From positions 1 to 33,170 of the forward strand of contig JBFYNQ010000113.1 of NCBI GenBank assembly GCA_041304265.1: DNA of 33,170 nt, in the 5' to 3' direction. The translations under genes and the position numbers were made by a program. The notes beneath the pieces were generated by a model. It was not told where the DNA came from, did not search any database, and saw only the letters and a program-made list of their open reading frames with translations. This DNA comes from Candidatus Bathyarchaeota archaeon (GTDB taxonomy: Archaea; Thermoproteota; Bathyarchaeia; TCS64). This document shows, piece by piece, positions 33,170 through 33,170 of the stretch (within the stretch, counting starts at the first letter, position 1; each line of letters starts with the position of its first letter).

Positions 33170-33170
33170 T

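Overview
GC-rich, tightly packed segment that looks like an archaeal chromosome. Supporting signs are a eukaryote-type topoisomerase IB, a genome-encoded G-1 on tRNA-His, A/T-rich TATA-like boxes about 27-35 nt upstream of many start codons, and frequent GTG/TTG starts. I call 31 protein-coding genes (one partial) and 2 tRNAs (His-GTG, Leu-GAG). Most genes are housekeeping or metabolic: succinyl-CoA synthetase sucCD, aldo/keto reductase, M20 and M28 peptidases, HpcH aldolase, MBL hydrolase, Mrp/ApbC, two Nudix hydrolases, nitroreductase, HAD hydrolase, two MFS transporters, a DMT permease, a ClC channel and a CopA copper ATPase. I saw no integrase, transposase, CRISPR array or recognisable defence gene. 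Six items deserve a second look. (1) A roughly 1 kb ORF-free island directly 3-prime of the tRNA pair (6536-7560) is saturated with GTGCG/CGCAC motifs, near-identical 17-18-mers and a hexamer microsatellite. (2) A three-gene operon encodes a Cys-rich Fe-S protein, a ferredoxin and a CooC-type metal-insertion NTPase, with no CODH nearby. (3) A rifampicin-phosphotransferase-like PEP-utilising enzyme is coupled to an uncharacterised protein. (4) An orphan GlmL/MutL-like actin-fold ATPase module has no B12 mutase partner. (5) A heavy-metal-associated (HMA)-thioredoxin fusion sits next to a TRASH-domain CopA. (6) An Fpg/Nei-like protein lacks an N-terminal proline and sits upstream of a MutT-like Nudix gene. 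All functional calls come from motif recognition by eye in the supplied translations. No database search was run.
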